DNA of 24,953 bases from a virus (taxonomy: Duplodnaviria; Caudoviricetes): positions 1 to 24,953 of IMG/VR virus record IMGVR_UViG_3300038829_000044, one strand, 5' to 3'. Numbering within the stretch: position 1 is the first letter of the stretch; the number at the start of each line of letters is the position of its first letter. The position numbers and the translations under genes were made by a program. The notes beneath the pieces were generated by a model. That model had not been told where the DNA came from. It was given only the letters and a program-made list of their open reading frames with translations, and did no database searches. Below are positions 1 to 7,431 of the stretch, piece after piece.

Positions 1-105
1 TTCGAGCAGGGCTATCGAGATGGGCGTGCCATCTTGACGTGTGAGCGGGCGACCGTGCCGGCGTCTCCTGCTCGCGCAGGCCAGGAAGACGGGGCGGCGC
101 GATGA
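1..105 (+). CDS. 3' end of a hypothetical protein (partial)
   Basis: Frame 1 is open from base 1 to TGA 103-105, which overlaps the next ATG (ATGA). Confidence 0.45.
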   Translation, partial: FEQGYRDGRAILTCERATVPASPARAGQEDGAAR

Positions 106-314
106 GCCCGCTCACGGACTCCCAGCGGCAGCAGCTCTGTCGCTCTGCGGAATGGCGTGACATTCAGATCGCGACGCACAACGTCTACACCTATCTCGGG
201 CTCATGCGGCTGGAAGATATTCAGATGCAGTCGGTGATTGAGACGCTCCAGCAGATTTCGCAACGGCGGGCGGCGTGTCTCGAACAGTTTCTTCGCAACC
301 AAGGAGGGATGTGA
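102..314 (+). CDS. Hypothetical phage protein, 70 aa
   Basis: ORF coupled at both ends (ATGA, TGATG); helical-looking sequence. Confidence 0.7.
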   Translation: MSPLTDSQRQQLCRSAEWRDIQIATHNVYTYLGLMRLEDIQMQSVIETLQQISQRRAACLEQFLRNQGGM

Positions 315-610
315 TGGCGACGACGACCACGCAACCGGTCCCGAATGTGCGGGAGGAGATGAAGGCGCATCGTGTGCGGCTCAAGCAGGCGGTACATCCC
401 GGCGTGACGCAGCGCGAGGTGGGGTTTACGGACGCGGAGCGGGAGCGGCTAGCGATGGGCGTGCTGGCATCGCTCACGGAGCGAGGAGATCGCTGGGCGC
501 ATTGGGTGCTCGCGATTCTGGCGGTGCTGTTGGTGTTGGCCCTTGGCTCGACGGCCCTGCAGACGGGGCGGACGATGCCGCCGGATGCACGGCAGGTGGT
601 GGGGCGGTGA
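314..610 (+). CDS. Hypothetical membrane protein, 98 aa
   Basis: AAGGAGG upstream and a TGATG overlap. One hydrophobic segment, WVLAILAVLLVLALG. Confidence 0.7.
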   Translation: MATTTTQPVPNVREEMKAHRVRLKQAVHPGVTQREVGFTDAERERLAMGVLASLTERGDRWAHWVLAILAVLLVLALGSTALQTGRTMPPDARQVVGR

Positions 611-822
611 GTCGCCGCGGCTGTCGCGATTGCGGGTTGCCGGTGAGCGCGCCGCATGTGGTGCGGTGCCGGGCCTGTAATGGCCGGGTGATGCGCCGGC
701 GGCATCGTCGGTGGCGAGCGAAGCGGGCGCAAGGGCTGGCCTCGGTGGCGAAACGGGCGCGGTCGGTGGTGAAGCGGATGGCGGTGCGGGGTGGAGCAGT
801 TGGTAGCTCGCCCGGCTCATAA
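607..822 (+). CDS. Small basic Zn-finger-like protein, 71 aa, overlapping the tRNA
   Basis: GTGA overlap with the previous gene; CRDC...CRAC motif; Arg-rich. The stop TAA 820-822 lies in the tRNA anticodon loop. Confidence 0.5.
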   Translation: MSRRGCRDCGLPVSAPHVVRCRACNGRVMRRRHRRWRAKRAQGLASVAKRARSVVKRMAVRGGAVGSSPGS

Positions 823-860
823 CCAGGAGGTTGTCGGTTCGAGTCCGGCCCCCGCAACCA
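785..860 (+). tRNA. tRNA-Met (CAT), initiator-like variant, CCA encoded
   Basis: 76-nt cloverleaf: acceptor TGCGGGG/CCCCGCA, D-stem GAGC/GCTC, anticodon loop CTCATAA (CAT 818-820), T-loop TTCGAGT, ACCA end. Closely resembles bacterial tRNA-fMet. Confidence 0.95.
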
Positions 861-877
861 ACGTGAGGAGTTAGGGC

Positions 878-1153
878 ATGATTGATGAGCAAATGGCGTT
901 GGCTTTCTACCACGCGGCGTTCCTCAAGAAGGTTCCTCAATTTGTTCCGGCGAGAGTACGCCTGCCGCGCGATGTCTTTGGTGATTTTCCGTTCAGTGGT
1001 GTGGGGGTCGCTGCTGGCGATCATGAATGCGGCTGTAACAAGTGGGGAGCCGTGCAGGTGAAGGACCGCGCGGGTGAATGGTTGGGTCTGCGTCCGGATG
1101 AGTTTGCGGTGCTGAGCTGGCGAGAGAATGAGGAGCACTCCCATGAATCGTGA
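878..1153 (+). CDS. Hypothetical phage protein, 91 aa
   Basis: GAGGAG RBS upstream; protein-like composition. Confidence 0.7.
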   Translation: MIDEQMALAFYHAAFLKKVPQFVPARVRLPRDVFGDFPFSGVGVAAGDHECGCNKWGAVQVKDRAGEWLGLRPDEFAVLSWRENEEHSHES

Positions 1154-1415
1154 GCAGTTCAAATATCTGAAGGAGCATCTCGGGCAGCTCCGTCGCGTGA
1201 AATATGATGCGACCTGTCAGAGGCCCGCACTGCCGAAGCCTGTGGTGGCCGCGAAGCGTCTTCTGGATGCGTGGGCCGAGCAACAGCGGAAGATTGCGTC
1301 GGCCCGTCAGGCTCGCCTGGCGAACGCCAAGGCGAAGGTCTGGCAGGCGATTTTGTTTGGCGATCCATCGCGCGCCATGAAGGCCCTGCGGGAGTTTGAG
1401 AAATTTCAGCCGTAG
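1143..1415 (+). CDS. Hypothetical helical protein, 90 aa
   Basis: GAGGAG RBS before ATG 1143; overlaps the previous gene. Confidence 0.7.
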   Translation: MNREQFKYLKEHLGQLRRVKYDATCQRPALPKPVVAAKRLLDAWAEQQRKIASARQARLANAKAKVWQAILFGDPSRAMKALREFEKFQP

Positions 1416-1442
1416 GATTTTTCACTGAGTGGGAGGTTTGAT

Positions 1443-1799
1443 ATGTCCGAGTCCGATCCAAATGCCATCACGATCACCACGATCTGCAATGGCGGTGTCC
1501 CTGACGTGTTCGCGCGGGAGCTGGCGGGGGTGCTGGCGAATATCGCCGACCCGAATACCGAGGCCGGCACGACGCGGGGGCTGACGCTGAAGTTTACGTT
1601 CAAGCCGCTGGACGATCGCTCGGGCGCGATTGTGTCGTTCAGTTGTCGGCCGGTGCTGCAGCCGGTGAAGGTGGCGACGAGCCCGGTCTTTTTGTCGCGG
1701 CATAGTGGCCAGCTTCAGGCCTACGCGCTGGATCATCGGCAGGTGTCGCTGTTCGGCGGGGCCGATGCCGAGAAGAAGCCCATGTCCATTGTGAAATAG
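1443..1799 (+). CDS. Conserved phage protein (family often auto-annotated 'replication terminator protein'), first of a gene pair
   Basis: GGAGG RBS; motif V..NI.DPNT.....R.LTLK..FKP recalled from this prophage family. Confidence 0.7.
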   Translation: MSESDPNAITITTICNGGVPDVFARELAGVLANIADPNTEAGTTRGLTLKFTFKPLDDRSGAIVSFSCRPVLQPVKVATSPVFLSRHSGQLQAYALDHRQVSLFGGADAEKKPMSIVK

Positions 1800-1835
1800 A
1801 AATCACGACATCTATCTGTGCCAAGGGAGGACGCG

Positions 1836-2549
1836 ATGTTGAAAGAGTTCGTGGAAAAAATACTGAGTCTCGCCGAGGTGAATCCGGTGAAGATCGGCGA
1901 GCTGGATTATACGGATCGTGCGCTGCATGTGGTCGCGCCGCCCTGCCTGGCGGGCGTCTCCCTGCTCACGCTGACCGGGCTGGTGGATTTGGTGAAGGCG
2001 AAGACGGACAACCTGATCGCGGATGGCTGGCTCTTGCATGTCGGCAGTCATCTGTCAGTGTCCCTGGTGCAAAGGCAGACCGATGTGTACGGGCGGCGGG
2101 TGGTGCTGGCCTCTTCGAAGTGCGAGGACGGGCAGCCGTTTGCCTTTGGCCGGTTTCTGGACCGGGAAGAATTTGTCATCGGGCTGCTGTCGCGCTTTGT
2201 CTCGACGCCGGATCTCCTGGAAGTGGTGAAGCTGGCGAGTAATCTGACGGTGAGTCAGGTGGCGCAATCGGAAGATGACGGTGTCTCGCAGCGCACGACG
2301 GTGAAGCAGGGCATCTCGCTGAAAGAGAATGTGACGGTGAAAGGCCGCGTGTCGCTGAGCCCCTTTCGCACCTTCCGCGAAGTGGAGCAGCCGGCGTCGG
2401 AGTTTGTCTTTCGGCTGCGCGCGCGAGACGGCGGGGTGCCGGAATGCGCCCTGTTCGAAGCGGACGGGGGCAAGTGGAAGCTCGATGCGGTGTTGGCGAT
2501 CAAAACATGGCTGGAGTCGCAGGCGCTCGGCATGCCGGTGGTGGCGTAG
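1836..2549 (+). CDS. Conserved phage protein, partner of the upstream gene, 237 aa
   Basis: GGGAGG RBS; motifs DDGVSQ, L.PFRTF.EVEQP.SEFVFR and LFEADGG.WK. Confidence 0.8.
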   Translation: MLKEFVEKILSLAEVNPVKIGELDYTDRALHVVAPPCLAGVSLLTLTGLVDLVKAKTDNLIADGWLLHVGSHLSVSLVQRQTDVYGRRVVLASSKCEDGQPFAFGRFLDREEFVIGLLSRFVSTPDLLEVVKLASNLTVSQVAQSEDDGVSQRTTVKQGISLKENVTVKGRVSLSPFRTFREVEQPASEFVFRLRARDGGVPECALFEADGGKWKLDAVLAIKTWLESQALGMPVVA

Positions 2550-2558
2550 GCGACGCGC

Positions 2559-2759
2559 ATGTCGTCGCATCGTGCGTCCATCATCGCGATCGAGGCAAAC
2601 CGGGCGTTGAGCCTGAAGCGGCAGCCGACGACGTTGCGGCGCTGCCTGAAGTGCGAGTGGTGGATGCACAGCACGGGGCCGGATCATCGGATCTGTAATC
2701 GCTGCAAGGGGTTCGTCGGCTATCGCGGGCGTGACGGGACGAGAGTGAAGGAGCGTTGA
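2559..2759 (+). CDS. Small Zn-finger protein, 66 aa
   Basis: RRCLKC...RICNRC motif; TGATG coupling to the next gene. Confidence 0.65.
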   Translation: MSSHRASIIAIEANRALSLKRQPTTLRRCLKCEWWMHSTGPDHRICNRCKGFVGYRGRDGTRVKER

Positions 2760-3356
2760 TGAGTCTGCCGAGGCCTTATTATGACGAGGCTGGCATCACG
2801 ATCTACCATGGGGACTGCCGGGAGATTCTGCCGATGCTGGAGGCTGAGGCGATGATCACTGATCCTGTCTGGCCTAACTGTGAGCACATTTTTCCAGGCA
2901 TCAATGCGAGTGAATTACTTGGGCAGTCGGTTTCTGCGGATCTGTTATCTGGAATATGCGGTGATTGGGTATCTGAGGCGCATTATGCGAGATGCGGAGT
3001 CTGCCTATGTGTTCGGCACTCCGCCTAAGAGCGTGCCCGGCCAGCGCGTCCTGCCCGGTCGAACGATTGCTACCCGGTCAAATGGTGACAAAGGCTGGGG
3101 CAGAAGTGCTCGAACGTCAAAGGTGGTCGATGCGGCCGTGCAGCGCATGGAGCATCCGACACGGCGGCTCTACCAGCATGCACTCTGGCTGGTGAAATGG
3201 TTCGGTGGTGCCTCGGTGATCGATCCATTCCTGGGCTCAGGCACGACGTTGCACGCCGCCAAAAATCTCGGCCGCCGTGCGATCGGGATTGAGATCCGCG
3301 AACAGTATTGCGAGTTAGCGGTCAGTCGGCTGTCTCAAGGGGTGCTGGCGCTATGA
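2759..3356 (+). pseudogene. Beta-class N6A/N4C DNA methyltransferase split by a frameshift near 2920-2930
   Basis: The N-terminal IYHGDCREILP...ITDPVW is in one frame. The C-terminal HPT...[25 protein letters not shown] is in the +1 frame. Confidence 0.8.
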
Positions 3357-3655
3357 GGATCGGCGACTATGTGCGGTCTATTGGAGCGGGGCGATGCTGG
3401 CTGACGATGACGCCGGCGACGACGCGTCATGCGGCGGATCAGATTGTCGCGTGGTGTCGGACGCATCGGCTCGAACCTCATCGATGTCAGCGTATCGTTT
3501 TGTTTCCATGGCTCGGGCTCGTCGCGGCGGAAGTGCTCAGCCTAAATGAGACCGGGGCTTTCTATGTGCGCAATGGGGGTGTGGCACGACGCTGGACGCT
3601 CAGGAGGCTGCATCTGCCGCCTCCTGCTGACTGGACCGTTGAGGCCAGGTCGTGA
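3353..3655 (+). CDS. Hypothetical protein, 100 aa
   Basis: ATGA coupling to the MTase stop and GTGA coupling to the next gene. Confidence 0.6.
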   Translation: MRIGDYVRSIGAGRCWLTMTPATTRHAADQIVAWCRTHRLEPHRCQRIVLFPWLGLVAAEVLSLNETGAFYVRNGGVARRWTLRRLHLPPPADWTVEARS

Positions 3656-3753
3656 GGGTCGGCGATTACGTGTTGGGCATCGGCGCTGGGCTGGTGGTCG
3701 GCGGGATCTGGCAGGAGGATGCGATGAGAATTGGCGATTATGTGCTGGGAATC
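3353..3753 (+). repeat. Three dispersed copies of a gene-start motif encoding MR[IV]GDYV[RL][SG]I
   Basis: Copies at 3353-3391, 3652-3690 and 3724-3753. Confidence 0.85.
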
Positions 3754-3870
3754 TCGATGGCGCTAAACGTCGCGGCGGGGGTGGCCTATGCCTGGCAAGG
3801 GCACTGGCGGAATGTGGGCTACTGGTTTGCGGTCCTGCAGATCAACTATTGGCTGATGCAGATGCGGTGA
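3652..3870 (+). CDS. Small membrane protein with two possible starts (GTG 3652, ATG 3724)
   Basis: Hydrophobic segments; AGGAGG before ATG 3724. Confidence 0.65.
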   Translation: MRVGDYVLGIGAGLVVGGIWQEDAMRIGDYVLGISMALNVAAGVAYAWQGHWRNVGYWFAVLQINYWLMQMR

Positions 3871-3880
3871 GGGGTAATCA

Positions 3881-4147
3881 ATGAAGAACAAATTGAGCGA
3901 CCTGAACGATCATCTCTTCGCGCAGCTGGAACGGTTGAATGACGAAGAATTGACAGCTGAGGCCATCGCCAAAGAAGTCACCCGCACTGATGCCCTGGTG
4001 AAGGTGAGCGAGCAGATCATCAGTAATGCCAACATGGTGTTGCGCGGCGCGGCGCTGGTCGCGGAATACGGTGGGAAAGACGCATTTCAGCACCTGCTGC
4101 CGATGATGGGCGGATCGACGAAGGTCATTGAGGGGCCCAAGAAATGA
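3881..4147 (+). CDS. Conserved phage protein typically found upstream of HNH genes, 88 aa
   Basis: Motif MKNKL.DLN.HLFAQLERL.DE.L...E..R..A...V..QII.NA. Confidence 0.85.
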   Translation: MKNKLSDLNDHLFAQLERLNDEELTAEAIAKEVTRTDALVKVSEQIISNANMVLRGAALVAEYGGKDAFQHLLPMMGGSTKVIEGPKK

Positions 4148-4794
4148 GCGGACGAGGACACGGCATTCCCTACTCGCCCCATGAACTCGCATGGATCAAG
4201 AGGCATCGCGCCCTGCCACGCCGTGACGCGCATGCCCTGTTCTGCCGCACATTCAGACGCTCCGACGTGTCTCTCGACAATTTCAAATCCCTCTGCACGA
4301 GGAAGGGTTGGACCACCGGCCGCACCGGGTGCTTTCCCAAAGGCCACGTGCCAGCCAACATGGGCAAGACGATGCCCTACAACGCCAACAGCGCGAGGAC
4401 TCAATTCAAGAAGGGTGGCCTCCCACACAACACCAAATATCTTGGTCATGAGCGCGTGAGTGTGGACGGCTATGTGGAAATCAGCATCGCGGACACCAAC
4501 CCGCATACCGGGTATGGCCGTCGCTACGTGTTGAAGCATCGGCATTTGTGGGAACAGCAACATGGTCCCGTCCCGGCCGGCCACGTGCTGAAAAGTCTCG
4601 ACGGGAATCGTCTCAATACCGACCCGTCAAATTGGAGCCTGATTCCGCGCAGTCTGCTGCCATTTCTCAACGGCCATCGCGGCCCGAACTACGACCAGGC
4701 TGCGCCAGAGGTCAAGCCCGTCATCCTGACGCTCGCGAAACTGAAGGGGGCACGTTTTTCGAAAACCAACGTGGCGAGAGGCGGATCTCGATGA
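4144..4794 (+). CDS. HNH-like endonuclease (HNH_3 type) with FxKG..P.N repeats, 216 aa
   Basis: GCFPKGHVPAN and TQFKKGGLPHN repeats; DGYVEI; KHRHLWEQQHGPVP.G...LDGNRLN..PSN. Confidence 0.85.
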   Translation: MSGRGHGIPYSPHELAWIKRHRALPRRDAHALFCRTFRRSDVSLDNFKSLCTRKGWTTGRTGCFPKGHVPANMGKTMPYNANSARTQFKKGGLPHNTKYLGHERVSVDGYVEISIADTNPHTGYGRRYVLKHRHLWEQQHGPVPAGHVLKSLDGNRLNTDPSNWSLIPRSLLPFLNGHRGPNYDQAAPEVKPVILTLAKLKGARFSKTNVARGGSR

Positions 4795-4982
4795 AGCCCT
4801 GTTCTGTGTCGACATGCCCGGAGAGCCGGAAAGATTCGCAGCTCGCCTGCGGATGGCACTGGATGCAGCTGCCCGTCGCGGTACGCCAGCGCGTGATGCT
4901 GGGGTATTACACGGCCAAGGGCAGCCCGGCGCATCTCGCGGCGGTGGGGGAGGCGATGGCGTTGCTGAGGGGGATGGCATGA
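4791..4982 (+). CDS. Small Cys/His protein, 63 aa
   Basis: CSVSTC...CGWHW.QLP motif; ATGA coupling. Confidence 0.7.
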   Translation: MKPCSVSTCPESRKDSQLACGWHWMQLPVAVRQRVMLGYYTAKGSPAHLAAVGEAMALLRGMA

Positions 4983-5068
4983 CAGCGAGGCCACGTCTCA
5001 TCACGCCAGCAACTATCAAGTCATTCTTGACGGTTCAAAACACAGACGCGGAGGCCTCGCGAAATTGA
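4979..5068 (+). CDS. 29-aa coupling ORF
   Basis: Overlaps the upstream stop (ATGA) and the downstream start (TTGA). Confidence 0.35.
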   Translation: MTARPRLITPATIKSFLTVQNTDAEASRN

Positions 5069-5277
5069 AACATTGGGCGAGTGACAAGCCGGTGCGGGAG
5101 GGTTGGTATTGGTGGCGCCATCCCTGTGTCCGTCCGCATGGAGAGCGTTCTATTCGTCCCATCCGAATCTGGCGTCGAGGGACTCAGTTGTGGGTGTCGG
5201 GGTGGGGAGCGCTCGATACGTTGTCCGGCGAATTTCAAGGACCGATCATGCCCGAGCTCGATGAGGTGTCGCGATGA
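5065..5277 (+). CDS. Trp-rich hypothetical protein, 70 aa
   Basis: W....P...GWYW...FQGPI motif, also present in 8436-8792. Confidence 0.65.
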   Translation: MKHWASDKPVREGWYWWRHPCVRPHGERSIRPIRIWRRGTQLWVSGWGALDTLSGEFQGPIMPELDEVSR

Positions 5278-5735
5278 TTTTTGCTGAGGGCACCACGGTG
5301 CCGATCGAACGGTCGAAGGTGGAGATTGAAACGATGCTGATGCGCTATGGCGCCGATCAGTTTGTGTCGGGATGGGCGGAGTCTGAAGCCCGGATCCAGT
5401 TCCGGGCGAACGGGCGTTATGTCCGCTTTGTGCTGCCGATCCCTTCACGGACTGAAAAACGGTTTACGCATCAGTCGAGATACGACTGGAAGCCGCGCAC
5501 GCAGGCGGAGGCAGTGAAGGCCTGGGAGCAGGAGTTGCGACGGCTCTGGCGTGCGCTGGCGCTCGTGGTGAAGGCAAAACTGGAGGCGGTGCAGAGCGGC
5601 ATTGTCGGGTTCGAAGATGAATTTCTGGCGCATATCGTCATGCCGGATGGCCAGACGGTGGCGGAGCATGCCCGGCCCATGATCGCAGAGGCGTATAAGA
5701 CCGGGAAAGTGGCAGCCTTGCTGCCGGGATGGTGA
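5274..5735 (+). CDS. Conserved phage hypothetical protein, 153 aa
   Basis: T.V..ERS..EIE..L..YGA and WRAL.L.VKAKLEAV..GI..FE.EFL.HIV.PDG.TV motifs. Confidence 0.85.
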   Translation: MIFAEGTTVPIERSKVEIETMLMRYGADQFVSGWAESEARIQFRANGRYVRFVLPIPSRTEKRFTHQSRYDWKPRTQAEAVKAWEQELRRLWRALALVVKAKLEAVQSGIVGFEDEFLAHIVMPDGQTVAEHARPMIAEAYKTGKVAALLPGW

Positions 5736-5798
5736 GGGGTTGGCCAGAATGATCGATCTCACGGTCAATATCGCGTCAAGCGCGAAGGGGTAAACGGT

Positions 5799-6626
5799 AT
5801 GGCGAGAATCCGCACGATCAAGCCAAGCTTCTTCCGTCATGAGGGGCTCCAGGACCTGGAATCGGCGAACCCGAAGAAGTACCCCATGATGGTTTTTGCC
5901 GGGCTCTGGGGTCATTGCGATAAAGCTGGATGTTTCGAATGGAGGCCGCGCCAGCTTAAATTGGACATCCTGCCATTCCTCAATTTCGAGATGAGCGAGA
6001 CGTTGAAACTCCTTGAAGTGCATGGGTTTATTCGTCGATATGACGTCGATGGTGAAGCCTATGGCGTGATCGATTCGTTCATGGAACATCAACGCATTCA
6101 CGGCAAGGAAGCGCAAGAAGAACAGGCCCGTCCCGCTCCTCCCGCACTCGTGAAGCATCGGGGAAGTGATGGGGAAGCAGCGGGGAAGCAACCGAGAAGC
6201 GACGGGGAATCAGTCGAGACGGCAGGAAGGGAAGGGAAGGGAAGGGAAAAGGAAGAGGAAGGGAACGGAATAGTTCCCGCGTCGATGACGCTGGAACGGG
6301 TGGTCGAGGTGTGGAACGTGATTCCAGGAGTCGGGCAGGCGAAGTCTGTGACGGGGCCGATTCGGGAGCGGGTCTGTACTAGGCTGAGGGAACATCCGGA
6401 CCTGGACTGGTGGCGCACGCTGTTCGATCGGGTGAAGGCGTCTGATTTTCTCTGTGGGAGAAAGACGGATTTCTCGGTCACGCTCGATTGGATCTTAGGG
6501 CCGAAGAATCTGGCGAAGCTATGGAATGGCAACTACGACAATCGGGCGAATCTCCAGGTGGTGAAGCCTGGCAGCATGGTTGATTATCTTGCGGAACGGT
6601 TTCCTGATCGAGTGGGTGGAGCATGA
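5799..6626 (+). CDS. Phage replication initiator (lambda-O-like architecture), 275 aa
   Basis: N-terminal MARIRTIKP.FF; low-complexity linker containing DNA repeats; C-terminal S.FL.G....LDWI..P.N..K...GNYDN. Confidence 0.85.
   Translation: MARIRTIKPSFFRHEGLQDLESANPKKYPMMVFAGLWGHCDKAGCFEWRPRQLKLDILPFLNFEMSETLKLLEVHGFIRRYDVDGEAYGVIDSFMEHQRIHGKEAQEEQARPAPPALVKHRGSDGEAAGKQPRSDGESVETAGREGKGREKEEEGNGIVPASMTLERVVEVWNVIPGVGQAKSVTGPIRERVCTRLREHPDLDWWRTLFDRVKASDFLCGRKTDFSVTLDWILGPKNLAKLWNGNYDNRANLQVVKPGSMVDYLAERFPDRVGGA
6159..6265 (+). repeat. Putative replication origin: five tandem 11-bp iterons plus a 42-nt purine-only tract
   Basis: CGGGGAAGTGA/TGGGGAAGCAG/CGGGGAAGCAA/CCGAGAAGCGA/CGGGGAATCAG (6159-6213); A/G only from 6224 to 6265; located inside the initiator gene as in lambdoid phages. 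Confidence 0.75.
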
Positions 6627-6967
6627 CACATGCGGAATTTGCGAATGGATGGATCTTGCTGATCACGCAGCCGTGGGGCTGGCGCTATCGCGGGATGACC
6701 GACAAGGGGCAACCGAATCAAGAGAGTCAGACGCAGCTTGAATTCTACTATGCGAAGCTGCAATGGGCGGAAGGGGCGGCATGGATGGATGTGGTTCAGC
6801 GTTTCGCCGAGGGCGACAAATGGCCGAGTGTGAATGAGCTTCGATTGGCGCTGCAGCACGTCAATGGACGTTACGTCAAAGCGCTGCCACAGCCTCAACC
6901 TGAACTCGTACCGATGCCAGATGACGTGCGTGAGCGCATCAACCGATTCGTCGGGAAGGATCTGTAG
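6623..6967 (+). CDS. Putative helicase loader/inhibitor-like protein, 114 aa
   Basis: Coupled directly after the initiator; KWPSVNELR resembles the FP.IAE motif of G39P-like proteins. Confidence 0.5.
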   Translation: MTHAEFANGWILLITQPWGWRYRGMTDKGQPNQESQTQLEFYYAKLQWAEGAAWMDVVQRFAEGDKWPSVNELRLALQHVNGRYVKALPQPQPELVPMPDDVRERINRFVGKDL

Positions 6968-6969
6968 CG

Positions 6970-7266
6970 ATGCGGACCATCCTGAATCCAGCGACAGGTC
7001 TGACATGGCGGCTCTGTCCATGGAACCAGGCCTGTCAGATGCCGGTGAGTACGACGCTTGACGGGAGAGAGCACTACTGTCGCTGGCATGCCCGTTGCTG
7101 CAACTATCCCGCACAAGCCCACGACTTTGATCTGTTCACGCAGTGGCTAGATGGCATGCAGCAGGCTTATCCGTCGCACGGGTGGTGGGGTTGGGAACCA
7201 GAACGGATCTGGCCGGTGTTGCAAGGCATCGAGACAATCGTTGTCGCAGAGTCGCAGGCGGCGTGA
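6970..7266 (+). CDS. Cys/His/Trp-rich hypothetical protein, 98 aa
   Basis: CPWNQAC...YCRWH motif. Confidence 0.65.
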   Translation: MRTILNPATGLTWRLCPWNQACQMPVSTTLDGREHYCRWHARCCNYPAQAHDFDLFTQWLDGMQQAYPSHGWWGWEPERIWPVLQGIETIVVAESQAA

Positions 7267-7301
7267 TGCTCTGTCACGCAATGGGTATCAATGATATTCA
7301 C

Positions 7302-7431
7302 GGGTCCCTCCTGGACCTTGTCCTATGCGGGTCAGCGAAGCCGCAGTTCTCGTCTAGTGACAGGGGTGGAATCGAGGTTGTCATAGGTATCAGGTTGACT
7401 ACGTAGAAAATGGAAAATGAGGGTGACAACC
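7302..7431 (+). other. Lambda-like cos packaging site (cosQ-, cosN- and cosB-like elements)
   Basis: GGGTCCC at 7302-7308 (lambda cosQ is GGGTCCT); TGCG-GGTCAGCGAAGC-CGCA dyad at 7326-7345; GGTTGTCA 7376-7383 inverted with TGACAACC 7424-7431; directly upstream of terS. Confidence 0.75.

Noticed and set aside
785-860. tRNA as the prophage attachment site
   Set aside because: Phage-type genes lie on both sides, and there is no integrase or duplicated tRNA 3' end in the window.
2918-2924. CTT GGG C as a programmed +1 frameshift in the MTase
   Set aside because: Re-pairing on TTG is poor, there is no stop or obvious hungry codon, and the short joined protein favours a deletion.
3652-3870. Small membrane protein as a dual-start holin
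   Set aside because: It sits in the early region with no endolysin nearby, and the two starts are 24 codons apart.
6159-6265. Repeats as a CRISPR array
   Set aside because: The units abut with no spacers, lie within a CDS, and no cas genes are present.
7266-7406. 46-aa ORF spanning cos
   Set aside because: It is coupled by TGATG but has no recognisable features; the sequence is better explained as packaging signals.
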